Below the pieces are notes generated by a model. That model made no database searches, had not been told where the DNA came from, and saw nothing but the letters and a program-made list of their open reading frames with translations. Positions 50,699 to 61,049 of a stretch of 64,000 nt of DNA are shown here, piece by piece; position 1 is the stretch's first letter, and every line of letters starts with the position of its first letter. This stretch comes from an uncultured delta proteobacterium (GTDB lineage Bacteria > Desulfobacterota > Binatia > Binatales > Binataceae): contig CAWEEQ010000004.1 in the NCBI GenBank assembly GCA_963808235.1, positions 3,360,001 through 3,424,000 of the forward strand, in the 5' to 3' direction. The position numbers and the translations under genes were made by a program.

Positions 50699-51889
50699 AT
50701 GGACTTTTCGCTGACGCCGAAAACCGAAGAATTGCGCAAACGCGTGTCCGCATTCATGGACCAGCACGTGTTTCCCATCGAGAAAGAAGTTCAGCTCGCG
50801 ATGGGCGAGAGCGGAAACCAGGAACCGCAATCGCTCAAGGACGTGCGCAAAAAAGCCAAGGCCGAGGGCCTGTGGAATCTGTTCCTGCCCGACGAAAAAT
50901 TCGGCGCCGGACTCAAGAACTACGAATATGCGCCGCTGTGCGAGCTGATGGGCCGCAGCCAAATCGGCGCGCGCGCGTTCAATTGCATGGCGCCCGACAC
51001 CGGCAACATGGAAATTCTGACTGAGTTCGGCACCCCCGAGCAGAAAAAAAAGTGGCTGCAGCCGTGCCTCGACGGAGAGATTCGCACCTGCTTTTCGATG
51101 ACCGAACCAGACACTCCGGGATCCGATCCGACCCAGTTGAAAACCCGCGCGGTCCGCGACGGCGACGACTACGTGATCAACGGTCACAAGTGGTTCACCT
51201 CCAATGCGATCGGATCGACGTTTGCCATAGCTATGGTCGTGACCGATCCCGACGCCGAGCCGCATCGCCGCGCGAGCCAGATAATCGTTCCGACCAACAC
51301 TCCGGGCTTCAACCTGATCCGGCCGGTGCCGGTGATGGGCCATACCGGCGGCGGCGGCCATTGCGAGATCGTCTACAAGGATTGCCGCGTACCGGTGACC
51401 AACCTGCTCGGCGAAGAAGGCGGCGGGTTTGCGATTTCGCAGGCGCGTCTGGGTCCCGGCCGTATCCATCATTGCATGCGGACGATCGGTATTGCTGAAC
51501 GCGCGCTCGAGCTGATGTGCAAGCGGGCGAACACGCGCTTCACGCACGGCAGCTTCCTCGCCGACAAGTCCAACATCCAGGAATGGATCGCCAACTCGCG
51601 AATCGAGATCGATTCATGCCGCCTCATGGTGATGCATGCGGCGTGGAAGATGGACACCGCCGGCAAGCGCGACGCGCGCAATGAGATCGCGATGATCAAG
51701 GTGATGTGCGCGAACATGGTGATGATCGTGCTCGATCGCGCGATCCAGGTTTTCGGCGCCGCCGGCGTCAGCGACGACTTTCCGCTCGCGCGGATGTGGC
51801 GCGACAGCCGCGCACTCCGAATCGCCGACGGCCCCGACGAAGTGCATCGCATGACGATCGCGCGCCGCGAGCTTCGCAAGTATAAATGA
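50699..51889 (+). CDS. acyl-CoA dehydrogenase, ACAD10/11 (LvaC-like) subfamily
   Basis: Motifs NC.APDTGNME, MTEP, RLGPGRIHHCMR and ADGPDEVH. Confidence 0.92.
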   Translation: MDFSLTPKTEELRKRVSAFMDQHVFPIEKEVQLAMGESGNQEPQSLKDVRKKAKAEGLWNLFLPDEKFGAGLKNYEYAPLCELMGRSQIGARAFNCMAPDTGNMEILTEFGTPEQKKKWLQPCLDGEIRTCFSMTEPDTPGSDPTQLKTRAVRDGDDYVINGHKWFTSNAIGSTFAIAMVVTDPDAEPHRRASQIIVPTNTPGFNLIRPVPVMGHTGGGGHCEIVYKDCRVPVTNLLGEEGGGFAISQARLGPGRIHHCMRTIGIAERALELMCKRANTRFTHGSFLADKSNIQEWIANSRIEIDSCRLMVMHAAWKMDTAGKRDARNEIAMIKVMCANMVMIVLDRAIQVFGAAGVSDDFPLARMWRDSRALRIADGPDEVHRMTIARRELRKYK

Positions 51890-51904
51890 CCCGCGTCCGC
51901 ACGA

Positions 51905-52998
51905 ATGGCTGAAGCGATAGAAATCGTCCCCGAATTCGGCGACGTTCGCGCCGAAGAAGAGCTCGACTGGAATAAGCTCGCCGACTACCTGCGCGGCAAA
52001 CTCCCCGGCGCTGACGCGGCGATGACCGTCAAGCAGTTCCGCGGCGGATCGTCGAACCTGACCTACCTGCTCCGCTTCGGCAAAACCGAATGGGTGATGC
52101 GCCGGCCGCCGTTCGGCCCGCTTCCCGTCGGCGGCCACGACATGGGCCGCGAATACCGCGTGCTATCGCGGCTTTGGGAAGTGTTCAAGCCGGCGCCGCG
52201 CGGGATGATCTACAGCGACGACGCATCGATCGTCGGCGCGCCGTTCTTCGTGATGGAACGGCGCTCGGGAATCGTCATCAAGAACCGCCAGCCGCTGCCC
52301 GAGGAACTCGGCACCGATCCGGCGACGTACAGAGCACTGTCGCAGGGCTTCATCGACACGCTCGCGGATTTGCATCGCGTCGATTACGCGGCGATCGGAC
52401 TCGCTCGCTCGGCAAGCCCGAAGGATTTCTGAAACGCCAGATCACCGGATGGATGGGCCGCTGGGAGAAAGCGAAAACCCGCGAAGTGCCGTTGATGGAA
52501 AAACTCGGCGCGTGGTTCCTCGAGAACATGCCCGAGTCGCCGCCGCCCGCGCTAATCCATAACGATTTCTATTTGCACAACATCATGATCGGTTCCGACG
52601 ACCCCGGAAATGTAGTCGGCGTCTTCGACTGGGAGATGTCCACGATCGGCGATCCGATGGTCGATCTGGGAATCGCTATTGGCTATTGGCGCGACAAGTC
52701 CGACCCGCCGGAACTGCTCGTTACCTCGCAAGGCGAAGCGCACACACTCCGCCCCGGCTTCATGACCCGTGACGAACTACTCCATCGCTATTCACTCCGC
52801 ACCGGCCGCGACGTAAGCGGCATCCCCTTCTATTGGGCCTGGGCGCACTGGAAAACCGCGACGGTAGTCGAGCAAATCTACGTCCGCTACGTCCGCGGCC
52901 AAACAACTGATCCCCGCTTCGCCCTGATGGGCCCCTTCGCCCCCGCCCTGGCAATCGGCGCCGCTCAGGTAGCCTCGCGTTTGGGGTTCAAGGCGTAG
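51905..52998 (+). CDS. APH-family phosphotransferase (ACAD10/11 kinase or LvaA-like), frameshifted near 52403
   Basis: Motifs GG.SNLTY, RRPP.G, HDM.RE, HNDF...N and DWEM.T.GDP..DL. Confidence 0.88.
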
Positions 52999-53066
52999 CG
53001 CAAAGGCGTTTGCTGCCTCGCATTGGATGCTTCACATACAACGCGATACGTGCAATATTCGATCAC

Positions 53067-53344
53067 GTGATCCGGAGCTTCTCCGATCGCGATACGAGGC
53101 GATTTTCAATCGCGAACACGTGCCGAAGTTCGAGAGCATCGCGAAGGTCGCGCATCGGAAGCTTCGCGAGATTCATCGAGCGCTAAGATTGTCAGATCTG
53201 GCGGCGCTGCCAGGAAATCGGCTTGAAGCGCTCAGAGGAAATCGCGCCGGACAGCACAGTATCCGGATCAACAACCAGTACCGCGTCTGTTTCGTCTGGG
53301 ACCAGAGGGACGCGTACGATGTGGAAATTGTTGATTATCACTGA
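53067..53344 (+). CDS. higB: HigB (RelE/ParE-family) toxin, frameshifted near 53097
   Basis: GTG-IRSF.D..T, then after a 1-nt shift PGNRLEAL.G.R.GQHSIRIN.Q.R.CF.W...VEIVDYH. Confidence 0.85.
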
Positions 53345-53376
53345 GCTCCAAAAAAATTCTGGAGGACGCACAAACC

Positions 53377-53685
53377 ATGGCTCGCGGGAAGAAGATTCCG
53401 CCACTTCACCCCGGTGAAGTCTTGTACGAGGACTTCGTCGTTCCGACCGGCATCAGCATCCATCGGCTCGCGATGGATCTGCGCGTGCCGGCTAACCGGA
53501 TCGCCGAAATCGTAAAAGGCCAGCGCGCGATCTCGGCAGACACTGCGCTCCGCCTGGCCCGCTACCTCGGCACTTCGGCGGAATTCTGGCTGGGATTACA
53601 GAGCGACTACGAACTCGAAAAAGCAAAGGACCAACTCGCGGCGAGAATCGCGCGCGAGGTTCATCCTCGCAATCGCGCCGCATAA
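53377..53685 (+). CDS. higA: HigA antitoxin
   Basis: Motifs HPGE.L.E.F and I..G.R.I.ADTALRL..Y.GTS.EFW..LQ..Y. Confidence 0.95.
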   Translation: MARGKKIPPLHPGEVLYEDFVVPTGISIHRLAMDLRVPANRIAEIVKGQRAISADTALRLARYLGTSAEFWLGLQSDYELEKAKDQLAARIAREVHPRNRAA

Positions 53686-53781
53686 TCGCTCGCGACCGAT
53701 GCTCTTTTCAGCGAGCGGCAAGTAGGCTATCCAAGGAATAAAGGCGGATATAACCTTAACCCGATCTGGAGGTTCTAACCC

Positions 53782-54648
53782 TTGCACGCGATCACTTACG
53801 ACGCTCCTGGCACGCTTGATCAAGCGGTCAGCATCCTTAAAACCCACGGCGAAAACGCCCGCCCAATCTGCGGCGGCACCGACATCATCATCCAATTGCG
53901 GGCCGGAGTCCGGCGCACCGAGCATCTGGTCGATGTCAAGAAAATCAAGGAACTGTGCAGCCTCTCTTTCGATCCGAAGAAGGGATTGCGCCTCGGCGCA
54001 GCCGTGCCGTGCATCGAGATTTACGAAAACGACCTGATGCGGCGCCACTATCCCGGACTGACTGAGGCCGCGCATCTGATCGGCTCGCTGCAGATCCAGA
54101 ACCGCGCATCGGTGGGCGGCAATCTATGCAACGGATCGCCCGCCGCCGACACTACGCCGGCGCTGATTGCGCTCGGCGCCCGCGCCCGAATCGTCGGTCC
54201 CAAGGGCGAGCGCGAAGTGCCGGTAGATACTTTCGTCGTGTCGCCCGGACGGACAATACTGCAGCCGGGCGAGTTGCTGGTCGAGCTGCTGATCGCTCCG
54301 CCTCCGCCGCATTCGAGCGACGCGTATCTGCGTTTCATCCCGCGCAACGAGATGGATATCGCAGTCGTCGGAGTGGGAGTGGCGCTCACGCTGGACGGCG
54401 ACAAAGTCAAAGCGGCACGAATCGGCCTCGGCGCCGTGGCCGCAACTCCGCTGCTCGCGAGCAAGGCCGCCGACGCGCTCATCGGCAAGAAGCTCGACGA
54501 CGCGACTCTCGAGGCCGCTGGCCGCGCCGCGAGCGATGCGACTTCGCCGATCGACGACATGCGCGGCACCGCCGAGTACCGGCGTCACATTACGGCTGTG
54601 CTCACCCGCCGCGCGACTTCGATCGCGGCTGAGCGCGCGAAGAAGTAA
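53782..54648 (+). CDS. xanthine dehydrogenase family FAD-binding subunit (CoxM-like)
   Basis: Motifs GGTD, QIQNRAS.GGN.CN.SPAAD and PI.D.RGT.EYR. Confidence 0.92.
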   Translation: MHAITYDAPGTLDQAVSILKTHGENARPICGGTDIIIQLRAGVRRTEHLVDVKKIKELCSLSFDPKKGLRLGAAVPCIEIYENDLMRRHYPGLTEAAHLIGSLQIQNRASVGGNLCNGSPAADTTPALIALGARARIVGPKGEREVPVDTFVVSPGRTILQPGELLVELLIAPPPPHSSDAYLRFIPRNEMDIAVVGVGVALTLDGDKVKAARIGLGAVAATPLLASKAADALIGKKLDDATLEAAGRAASDATSPIDDMRGTAEYRRHITAVLTRRATSIAAERAKK

Positions 54649-54690
54649 CCAGCACGGAAAAACGAAAAATCAAATACGGCAAATATCACA

Positions 54691-55194
54691 ATGGCCAAAA
54701 AGACACTTGTTGAAGCCACCATCAATGGTGAAACGGTCGAGTTCCTCTGCGAGCCGCGCCAAAGCCTGCTCGAAACTTTGCGCGACGTCGTCGAACTCAC
54801 CGGCGCCAAGGAAGGATGCCTGACCGGCGACTGTGGGGCATGCAGCGTGCTGGTCGACGGCCGCGTTGTCTGCTCGTGCCTGATGCTCGGGGTCGAGGCG
54901 CAAGGTAAAAAGATCGCGACGGTTGAAGGCCTCGCGACCACCGGCGTCCTGCATACGCTGCAGCGAAAGTTTCTCGAACACGCAAGCCTGCAATGCGGCA
55001 TCTGCACGCCGGGATTCCTGATGGCGGCGAAGTCGCTGCTCGATCACAATCCGAAACCGACCGAGCCCGAAGTCCGCTATGCGCTCGCGGGGAATCTGTG
55101 CCGATGCACCGGCTATGACAAAATTGTAAAGGCGGTCCTCGATTCGGCCGCCGAAATTCGTTCGCAAGGTGAAGGCAAAGCGGCGGCGCGATAA
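54691..55194 (+). CDS. xanthine dehydrogenase family 2x[2Fe-2S] subunit (CoxS-like)
   Basis: Motifs GC..GDCGAC, QCG.CTPG and GNLCRCTGY. Confidence 0.95.
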   Translation: MAKKTLVEATINGETVEFLCEPRQSLLETLRDVVELTGAKEGCLTGDCGACSVLVDGRVVCSCLMLGVEAQGKKIATVEGLATTGVLHTLQRKFLEHASLQCGICTPGFLMAAKSLLDHNPKPTEPEVRYALAGNLCRCTGYDKIVKAVLDSAAEIRSQGEGKAAAR

Positions 55195-55233
55195 TACGCG
55201 CGCATCTTTTTGAAACTTTAGAGGTTTGAACCC

Positions 55234-57522
55234 ATGGCTGCATCAACGACCAACGGCAATTTCAAAGTTATCGGCACCCGCCCGATTCGTCCCGACGGCG
55301 AGGACAAGGTAACCGGCCGCGCCAAGTACGGCGCCGATTACAGTTTCCCCGGGATGCTGCATGGCAAGGTGCTGCGCAGCCCGCACGCGCACGCGAAGAT
55401 CAAGTCGATAAAGATCGACAAGGCGCTGAAGCTCCCCGGCGTCAAGGCGATCGTCACGTCGAAGGACCTGCCCGAGGCCGAGAACAAGATCGAGCAGGCC
55501 GGCGAGATGGCGATCAATCCGATGTACCTCTCGATGAACATCCTCGCCCACGACAAGGTCCTCTACGACGGCCATGCGATCGCCGCGGTCGCCGCGACCA
55601 GCCCGCATATCGCCGAAGAAGCGATCCGCCTCATCGAAGTCGAATACGAAGTGCTGCCACCGGTGATGACCGTTGATGCCGCCATGAAGCCGGGCGCAAC
55701 GATCCTGCTGAAAGATCTCCGCAACAAAGAAGACGGTGACAAGCAGACCAACGTCGCGCAGCACTACCAGTTCAAGCGCGGCGACGTCGCGGCCGGATTC
55801 AAGAGCGCGGATTTCGTGATCGAGCGCGAGTTCAACACCGCGATGGTCCACCAGGGATACATCGAGCCGCACAACGCGGTCGGCATCTACAATTCCGACG
55901 GACAGGCGACGATCTACTGCTCGACGCAGGGCGCGTTCGACGTTCGGATGCTCAGTGCGCAGGTGCTCGGCATGCAGGTTGGCAAAATCAAAGTCGTGCC
56001 CGCGGAAATCGGCGGCGGCTTCGGCGGCAAGACGACGATTTATCTCGAGCCGCTGTCGGTGCTGCTCTCGAAGAAGACCGGCGCGCCGGTGAAGCTCGTG
56101 ATGTCGCGCACCGAAGTGCTGCGCGCGAGCGGCCCGACCTCCGGCTCGAAGATCAAGGTGAAGCTCGGCGCGACCAAGGACGGAAAATTGGTCGCCGCGG
56201 AAATCTGGATGGCCTACGAGGCCGGCGCGTACCCAGGCTCGCCGGTCGGCGCAGGCGCGATGTGTATCATCGCGCCGTACACGATCGAGAATTTCGTAAT
56301 CGACGCGTACGACGTGGTGGTCAATCGTCCCAAGACCGCGGCCTATCGCGCGCCCGGCGCCACCAACGCGGCGTTCGCGTCGGAGACGATTATCGACGAG
56401 CTCGCGGAAAAGTGCGGAATCGATCCGATCGACTTCCGACTGAAAAACGCCGCCAAGGAAGGCGCTGCGCAGGTGGTCGGCCCTCCCTTCAAGCGCATCG
56501 GATTGATCCAGACCCTCGAGGCGATCAAGAACAGCCCGCACAACAAATCGAAACTCACCGGCAAGTTCCGCGGACGCGGCGTCGCATCGGGATTCTGGTT
56601 CAATGCCGGCATGCAATCGTCAGCGACCGTGAACATCCACACCGACGGCACCGCGAGCGTCGTCACCGGCTCGCCGGATATCGGCGGCTCGCGCGCCTCG
56701 ATGGCGATGATCACCGCCGAGGTGCTCGGCCTCCAGATGACCGACGTGCGCGCGATCACCGCCGATACCGATTCCATCGGCCACACCGACGTGACCGGCG
56801 GAAGCCGCGTGACCTTCGCAACCGGGATGGCCGTGTACGAGGCCGCCAAGGACGCCGAGCGCCAGCTGATCGAGCGCGCCGCAAAAGTCTGGGAGAAGAA
56901 ACCCGACGAAGTCGAATTCCGCGACGGGATGCTCCATGCGAAAGGCAACGGCGTGCCGCCGCTGTCGATCAAGCAGCTCGCGCCGCGCTTCCCCCGCACC
57001 GGCGGTCCGATCACCGGACGCGCCAGCGTCAACGCGCGCGGCGTCGGCCCCGGTTTCGCCACCACGCTCGTCGATGTCGAAGTCGATCCCGATACCGGCA
57101 AAGTGCAGATCCTCCGATGCACCGTCGCGCAGGATGCCGGCAAAGCGATTCATCCGAGCTACGTCGAAGGCCAGATGCAAGGCGGCACCGCGCAGGGCCT
57201 CGGCTGGGCGCTCAACGAAGAATATTTTTACGACGACAAGGGAACTCTCCGTAACACCGGATTTCTCGATTACCGGATGCCGACCTGTCTCGACTTGCCG
57301 ATGATCGAAACGGCCATCGTCGAGGAAGCAAACCCCGGCCATCCGCTGGGAGTGCGCGGCGTCGGCGAGGTGTCGATAGTGCCGCCGGTAGCGGCAGTTG
57401 CTAACGCAATCTATCGAGCGGTGGGTGTCCGGATGACGGAGACGCCGATGTCTCCGCCGAAGCTGCTGAAGGCGATGCTGAAGCATCGCGGCGCAACGCA
57501 ACATTCAGCAGCGGCGGATTGA
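55234..57522 (+). CDS. xanthine dehydrogenase family molybdopterin-binding subunit
   Basis: Motifs GGGFGGK, AYRAPG, GGSR.T, GQ.QGG..QG and catalytic GVGE. Confidence 0.93.
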   Translation: MAASTTNGNFKVIGTRPIRPDGEDKVTGRAKYGADYSFPGMLHGKVLRSPHAHAKIKSIKIDKALKLPGVKAIVTSKDLPEAENKIEQAGEMAINPMYLSMNILAHDKVLYDGHAIAAVAATSPHIAEEAIRLIEVEYEVLPPVMTVDAAMKPGATILLKDLRNKEDGDKQTNVAQHYQFKRGDVAAGFKSADFVIEREFNTAMVHQGYIEPHNAVGIYNSDGQATIYCSTQGAFDVRMLSAQVLGMQVGKIKVVPAEIGGGFGGKTTIYLEPLSVLLSKKTGAPVKLVMSRTEVLRASGPTSGSKIKVKLGATKDGKLVAAEIWMAYEAGAYPGSPVGAGAMCIIAPYTIENFVIDAYDVVVNRPKTAAYRAPGATNAAFASETIIDELAEKCGIDPIDFRLKNAAKEGAAQVVGPPFKRIGLIQTLEAIKNSPHNKSKLTGKFRGRGVASGFWFNAGMQSSATVNIHTDGTASVVTGSPDIGGSRASMAMITAEVLGLQMTDVRAITADTDSIGHTDVTGGSRVTFATGMAVYEAAKDAERQLIERAAKVWEKKPDEVEFRDGMLHAKGNGVPPLSIKQLAPRFPRTGGPITGRASVNARGVGPGFATTLVDVEVDPDTGKVQILRCTVAQDAGKAIHPSYVEGQMQGGTAQGLGWALNEEYFYDDKGTLRNTGFLDYRMPTCLDLPMIETAIVEEANPGHPLGVRGVGEVSIVPPVAAVANAIYRAVGVRMTETPMSPPKLLKAMLKHRGATQHSAAAD

Positions 57523-57569
57523 TCACAGGTGATCAATTGGGCCGGGCGTAATGCCCGGCCCTTTTTCCG

Positions 57570-57833
57570 ATGGCCACAGTCGTCATTCCCGCGCTGCTCC
57601 GAAAATTCACCGGCGGTATCGAACGTGCCGATGTGCCCGGGCGCACCGTGCGCGAGTTAATCCGCAACTTGGGCGATCGCTTTCCAGGTATTTCCGAACA
57701 GTTGCTCGAAGATGGGGACATTCGGCCTTCGGTCGCCATATCGATCGACGGTGAGATGGCGACCGGCGGCATACTCGATCGGGTCGGCGCCGACAGCGAG
57801 GTTCACTTTATTCCGGCGCTCGGTGGCGGCTGA
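57570..57833 (+). CDS. MoaD/ThiS family sulfur-carrier protein
   Basis: 87-aa beta-grasp pattern ending IPALGGG. Confidence 0.88.
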   Translation: MATVVIPALLRKFTGGIERADVPGRTVRELIRNLGDRFPGISEQLLEDGDIRPSVAISIDGEMATGGILDRVGADSEVHFIPALGGG

Positions 57834-58128
57834 GCGCGCGAGATGGATGACCAAATTGCACGCTTTAGTACGCTTATCAGGCGTATAGTAGCAACTGGAC
57901 GCTGGTTGCAACCCAGTTGGACTTAAGTACAATACGCTTGCTGGCCGGGGTTTGCCCCCCTTTTCCCGGTTGGCAAAGGGCCGGGCAGAGCAATCTGTCC
58001 GGCCCTAATTCATTCGTTCAGAACGCCCGACTGACTGCTCAGTTCAGTGCGCGCACGGCCAATCTCACGATCCGGCCGGATTTTTTCGGACTTGACTTCC
58101 ATGCAAGATTCAAGCATTGATTCAAGCA

Positions 58129-58812
58129 ATGATGGAAGCAACGCTTGAACAGGGCCACTCCGAAGACACCGCCACTCGCATCGTCGACGCCGCCGAACGC
58201 TTGTTCCTCCGCGACGGTATCGACGCGACCTCGCTTCGCGCCGTAACGCGCGAGGCCGGGGTTAACGTCGCGGCGATCCACTACTACTTCGGCTCGCGCG
58301 ACGAACTGCTGCGCGCCGTCCTCGATCGAATCGTCACCCCGGTCAACGAGCGCCGACTCGTTCTGCTCGATCATGCGCTTGCCGCAAGCCGGGGCAGGCC
58401 GCTCGCGGTCGAGGAGATCCTGCGCATTTTTCTGTTGCCCGATCTCGAGGCGGTCGAAAGACTCCGCGATCGAGGCGTCGAGATTGCGCATTTTGTCGCG
58501 CGCGCTTACGCGGCGCCCTCACCCACGTTGAAAGCGTTGATCGAAGAGCAGTTCGACGAATGCTCGACGAGATTTCTCGCCGAACTATCGCGCGCTCTGC
58601 CCACCATCGCTCGCACGGAAATCGAGTTTCGCTTCCGCTGCATCGTCGGTGTGATCGTTCGGCTGTTCGGAGCGGCTGCGCCGCGCGGGATCTTAGGCGG
58701 TCTCGACGCCGCCGAAATCGCGCCCACGCTCGATCGCCTTGTCGCCTTTCTGGCTCCGGGTCTGACCGCACCGATCTCGGCGCCCGCTTCTCGATCGAAA
58801 CGAACCCGTTGA
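58129..58812 (+). CDS. TetR family regulator (PsrA-like)
   Basis: Motifs AAE.LF...G...TSLR.VT.EAGVN.AAI.Y.FGS and N..R...L. Confidence 0.9.
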   Translation: MMEATLEQGHSEDTATRIVDAAERLFLRDGIDATSLRAVTREAGVNVAAIHYYFGSRDELLRAVLDRIVTPVNERRLVLLDHALAASRGRPLAVEEILRIFLLPDLEAVERLRDRGVEIAHFVARAYAAPSPTLKALIEEQFDECSTRFLAELSRALPTIARTEIEFRFRCIVGVIVRLFGAAAPRGILGGLDAAEIAPTLDRLVAFLAPGLTAPISAPASRSKRTR

Positions 58813-58865
58813 CGCCTGGTGAAGTCGCAAAATGAATTTCAATCGCAACGCAGGAGTGCATCGCA

Positions 58866-59795
58866 ATGCCAAACCCAGCGCATGAAATGTCCAGCCGACG
58901 CTGCGCCGCCACTCGTGTGCGGCCGCTAATCCGTCCGAGTTGGCTCTCGGCAAAAGTATGGCCATTCCAAACGTTCGAAATCGAAGTGAACGATATGCAG
59001 ATTGCCTTCACCGACGTCGGCCGTCACGACGCGCCTGCGATTCTGTTCGTGCACACTGGAACCTGGTCCTTCATCTGGCGCGACTTAATCACGCGCCTTG
59101 CCGCTGACTTCCGATGCATCGCGCTCGACGCACCCGGAACCGGGCAGAGCGCGCCGATGCCCGCGCGCGCAATCACACTTGAGAACTCCGCTCGCGCGGT
59201 GAATGGTTTAATCGAGGGCCTCGAGCTGGAAAATCTCATCCTCGCCGTTCACGACCTGGGAGGTCCTGCTGGGCTCGCAGGAGCGGCGCGGTCCACGGCG
59301 CGGGTTCGCGGAATCGCCGCAATCAATACCTTTGGATGGAAGCCGTCGGGCGCGATGTTCCGCGCGATGCTCGCCCTGATGGGCAGTGCGCCAATCCGCG
59401 AACTCGACGTGATGACCGGTTTTCTCACCCGGATTACCGCGACGACTTTCGGCGTCGGCCGCCATTTCGATCAGGCCAGCCGCGACGCATTTCGCGCACC
59501 ACTTGGTTCTCAAGGACGGCGCGCGTTTCATCTCTATCTAAATGACGCACGAAATTGCGACGCACTCTACGCCGAAGTCGCATCCGCACTCGCGGGCCCG
59601 TTCGCGAAACTGCCGCTAGTAACCATCTTCGGCGAGCGCAACGACCCGCTCGGCTTCCAGCCGCGATGGAAAGCGATGTTCCCCGACGCTCAACAGATAG
59701 TCGTCGCGAGGGGAAATCATTTTCCGATGTGCGACGATCCCGACCTGGTAGCCGACGCAATCCGCAAGTGGCATCGCGAGCGCGTGAAACCTTAG
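58866..59795 (+). CDS. alpha/beta hydrolase (haloalkane-dehalogenase-like fold)
   Basis: Motifs WSF.WR, D.PG.G.S, nucleophile HDLGG, FGE.ND and HF...D.P. Confidence 0.85.
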   Translation: MPNPAHEMSSRRCAATRVRPLIRPSWLSAKVWPFQTFEIEVNDMQIAFTDVGRHDAPAILFVHTGTWSFIWRDLITRLAADFRCIALDAPGTGQSAPMPARAITLENSARAVNGLIEGLELENLILAVHDLGGPAGLAGAARSTARVRGIAAINTFGWKPSGAMFRAMLALMGSAPIRELDVMTGFLTRITATTFGVGRHFDQASRDAFRAPLGSQGRRAFHLYLNDARNCDALYAEVASALAGPFAKLPLVTIFGERNDPLGFQPRWKAMFPDAQQIVVARGNHFPMCDDPDLVADAIRKWHRERVKP

Positions 59796-59799
59796 CCGA

Positions 59800-60198
59800 T
59801 CAGGTCATGAAGACTTCGCGGACGTGGTTGGTGTCGTTGTACTCGCGAACCTGCGCGATCTTGTCGCCCTTGAACAGGACGTAGAAGTGATAGCGGTTCG
59901 CGTATTTCTTCCCATTCGATGCGATCGTATCGGACTCGCATTGAATCGCGACGTGCGGCCCCTCGGCGACTATTGTATGAAGCTTCATGTTCAAGCCGTT
60001 GGGGAACATCGCCTTCAGCATCGGTGGCATCGATTTCAGAAACGCATCCTTGCCGCCTATCGGCGTGACGCCAGGCAGCCGTCCCATCATCTCGAATTCG
60101 AAATCGTCCGTAATCAGGTCCGCGAAGGTCTTCGTATCCGGCTTTTCAAGACCCTTTAGAAAAGTGACGGCTCGTTCCTTCTGTTGTTCGAGGTTCAT
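59800..60198 (-). CDS. SnoaL/NTF2-like protein
   Basis: Motifs AEG..V and NG..Y.N.Y.F......KI...REY.DT. Confidence 0.85.
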   Translation of the reverse strand: MNLEQQKERAVTFLKGLEKPDTKTFADLITDDFEFEMMGRLPGVTPIGGKDAFLKSMPPMLKAMFPNGLNMKLHTIVAEGPHVAIQCESDTIASNGKKYANRYHFYVLFKGDKIAQVREYNDTNHVREVFMT

Positions 60199-60275
60199 TC
60201 AAGCTCTCCCAAATAAAAGGCGGCGGCGCGCGCGTGACGGGCGCGCAACCGCCGGGAATGATGTTTGCCGGTCGA

Positions 60276-60740
60276 CTACTGCTTGCGCCGCCGGAAGACC
60301 AGCACCGAGCACGGAGCGTTGCGCACAATCTTCTCGGCTACGCTGCCGATAATGAAATGCTCCGAGCCGGTTCGTCCGTGAGTAGCGAGCAGGATCAAAT
60401 CGATCTCGTTGCTCTTGGCGTACTCGACGAGCTTCTGCACCGGATGGCCGACCTCGGCGTTGGTCAAGACCTTTTTGGAATCGCCGAATTCATCTTTCTT
60501 GATTCGTTTGAGTTCCTCTTCCGCCTGCTCGAGCATCGCAGCCTCGCGCACCAGTTCGCGGCTCTGTTCCGCGTTGGTCGCGAGCGGCAACGGGACGAAG
60601 GTATGATGCGGTGCGATGACGTGCACCAGGTGAACTTCCGCTCCCACATCCTTGGCCAGTTCCATCGCGCCGCGCATCGCCTCCATCGAATGTTCCGAAA
60701 AGTCGATCGGCGCGAGAATTTTCTTTACGTTCTGAATCAT
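60276..60740 (-). CDS. universal stress protein
   Basis: Motifs KILAP.DFS and THGRTG.....GSVAEK.VR.APCSVL. Confidence 0.93.
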   Translation of the reverse strand: MIQNVKKILAPIDFSEHSMEAMRGAMELAKDVGAEVHLVHVIAPHHTFVPLPLATNAEQSRELVREAAMLEQAEEELKRIKKDEFGDSKKVLTNAEVGHPVQKLVEYAKSNEIDLILLATHGRTGSEHFIIGSVAEKIVRNAPCSVLVFRRRKQ

Positions 60741-61049
60741 GCAGTCCTCCCTGAAACCCAGCAATAACACCCACTCCGCCACCCCTGCAAACGCGCTCCT
60801 GTGCGAAGCGCCGCTCTTTCTTATCTCGCCCGTTATTTCACGCGGGAGGCGGCCGGCCGCCCGGCGGCTCGTAAGTGAGGGTGCAGCCGCCTCAGGCAAG
60901 ACGCCAAACAACGCATATCAGCGTCCGCGTTCCCCTTCCGTCGTCCCGACCGTAGTGGAAGGACCTCCGCGAAAGCGATGCTCTTTCTTTTCCTTTTCTG
61001 TCATCTTGAGATTCGTAGAAGAAAATTTCGCGTAAAAAAGGACCACCCC

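Noticed and set aside
53782-57522. Aerobic CO dehydrogenase (coxMSL)
   Set aside because: It lacks the AYxCSFR Cu-binding motif and the coxDEFG accessory genes.
58866-59795. Definite haloalkane dehalogenase call
   Set aside because: The nucleophile elbow is HDLGG rather than DWG, so the halide-binding Trp is missing. Only the fold is supported.
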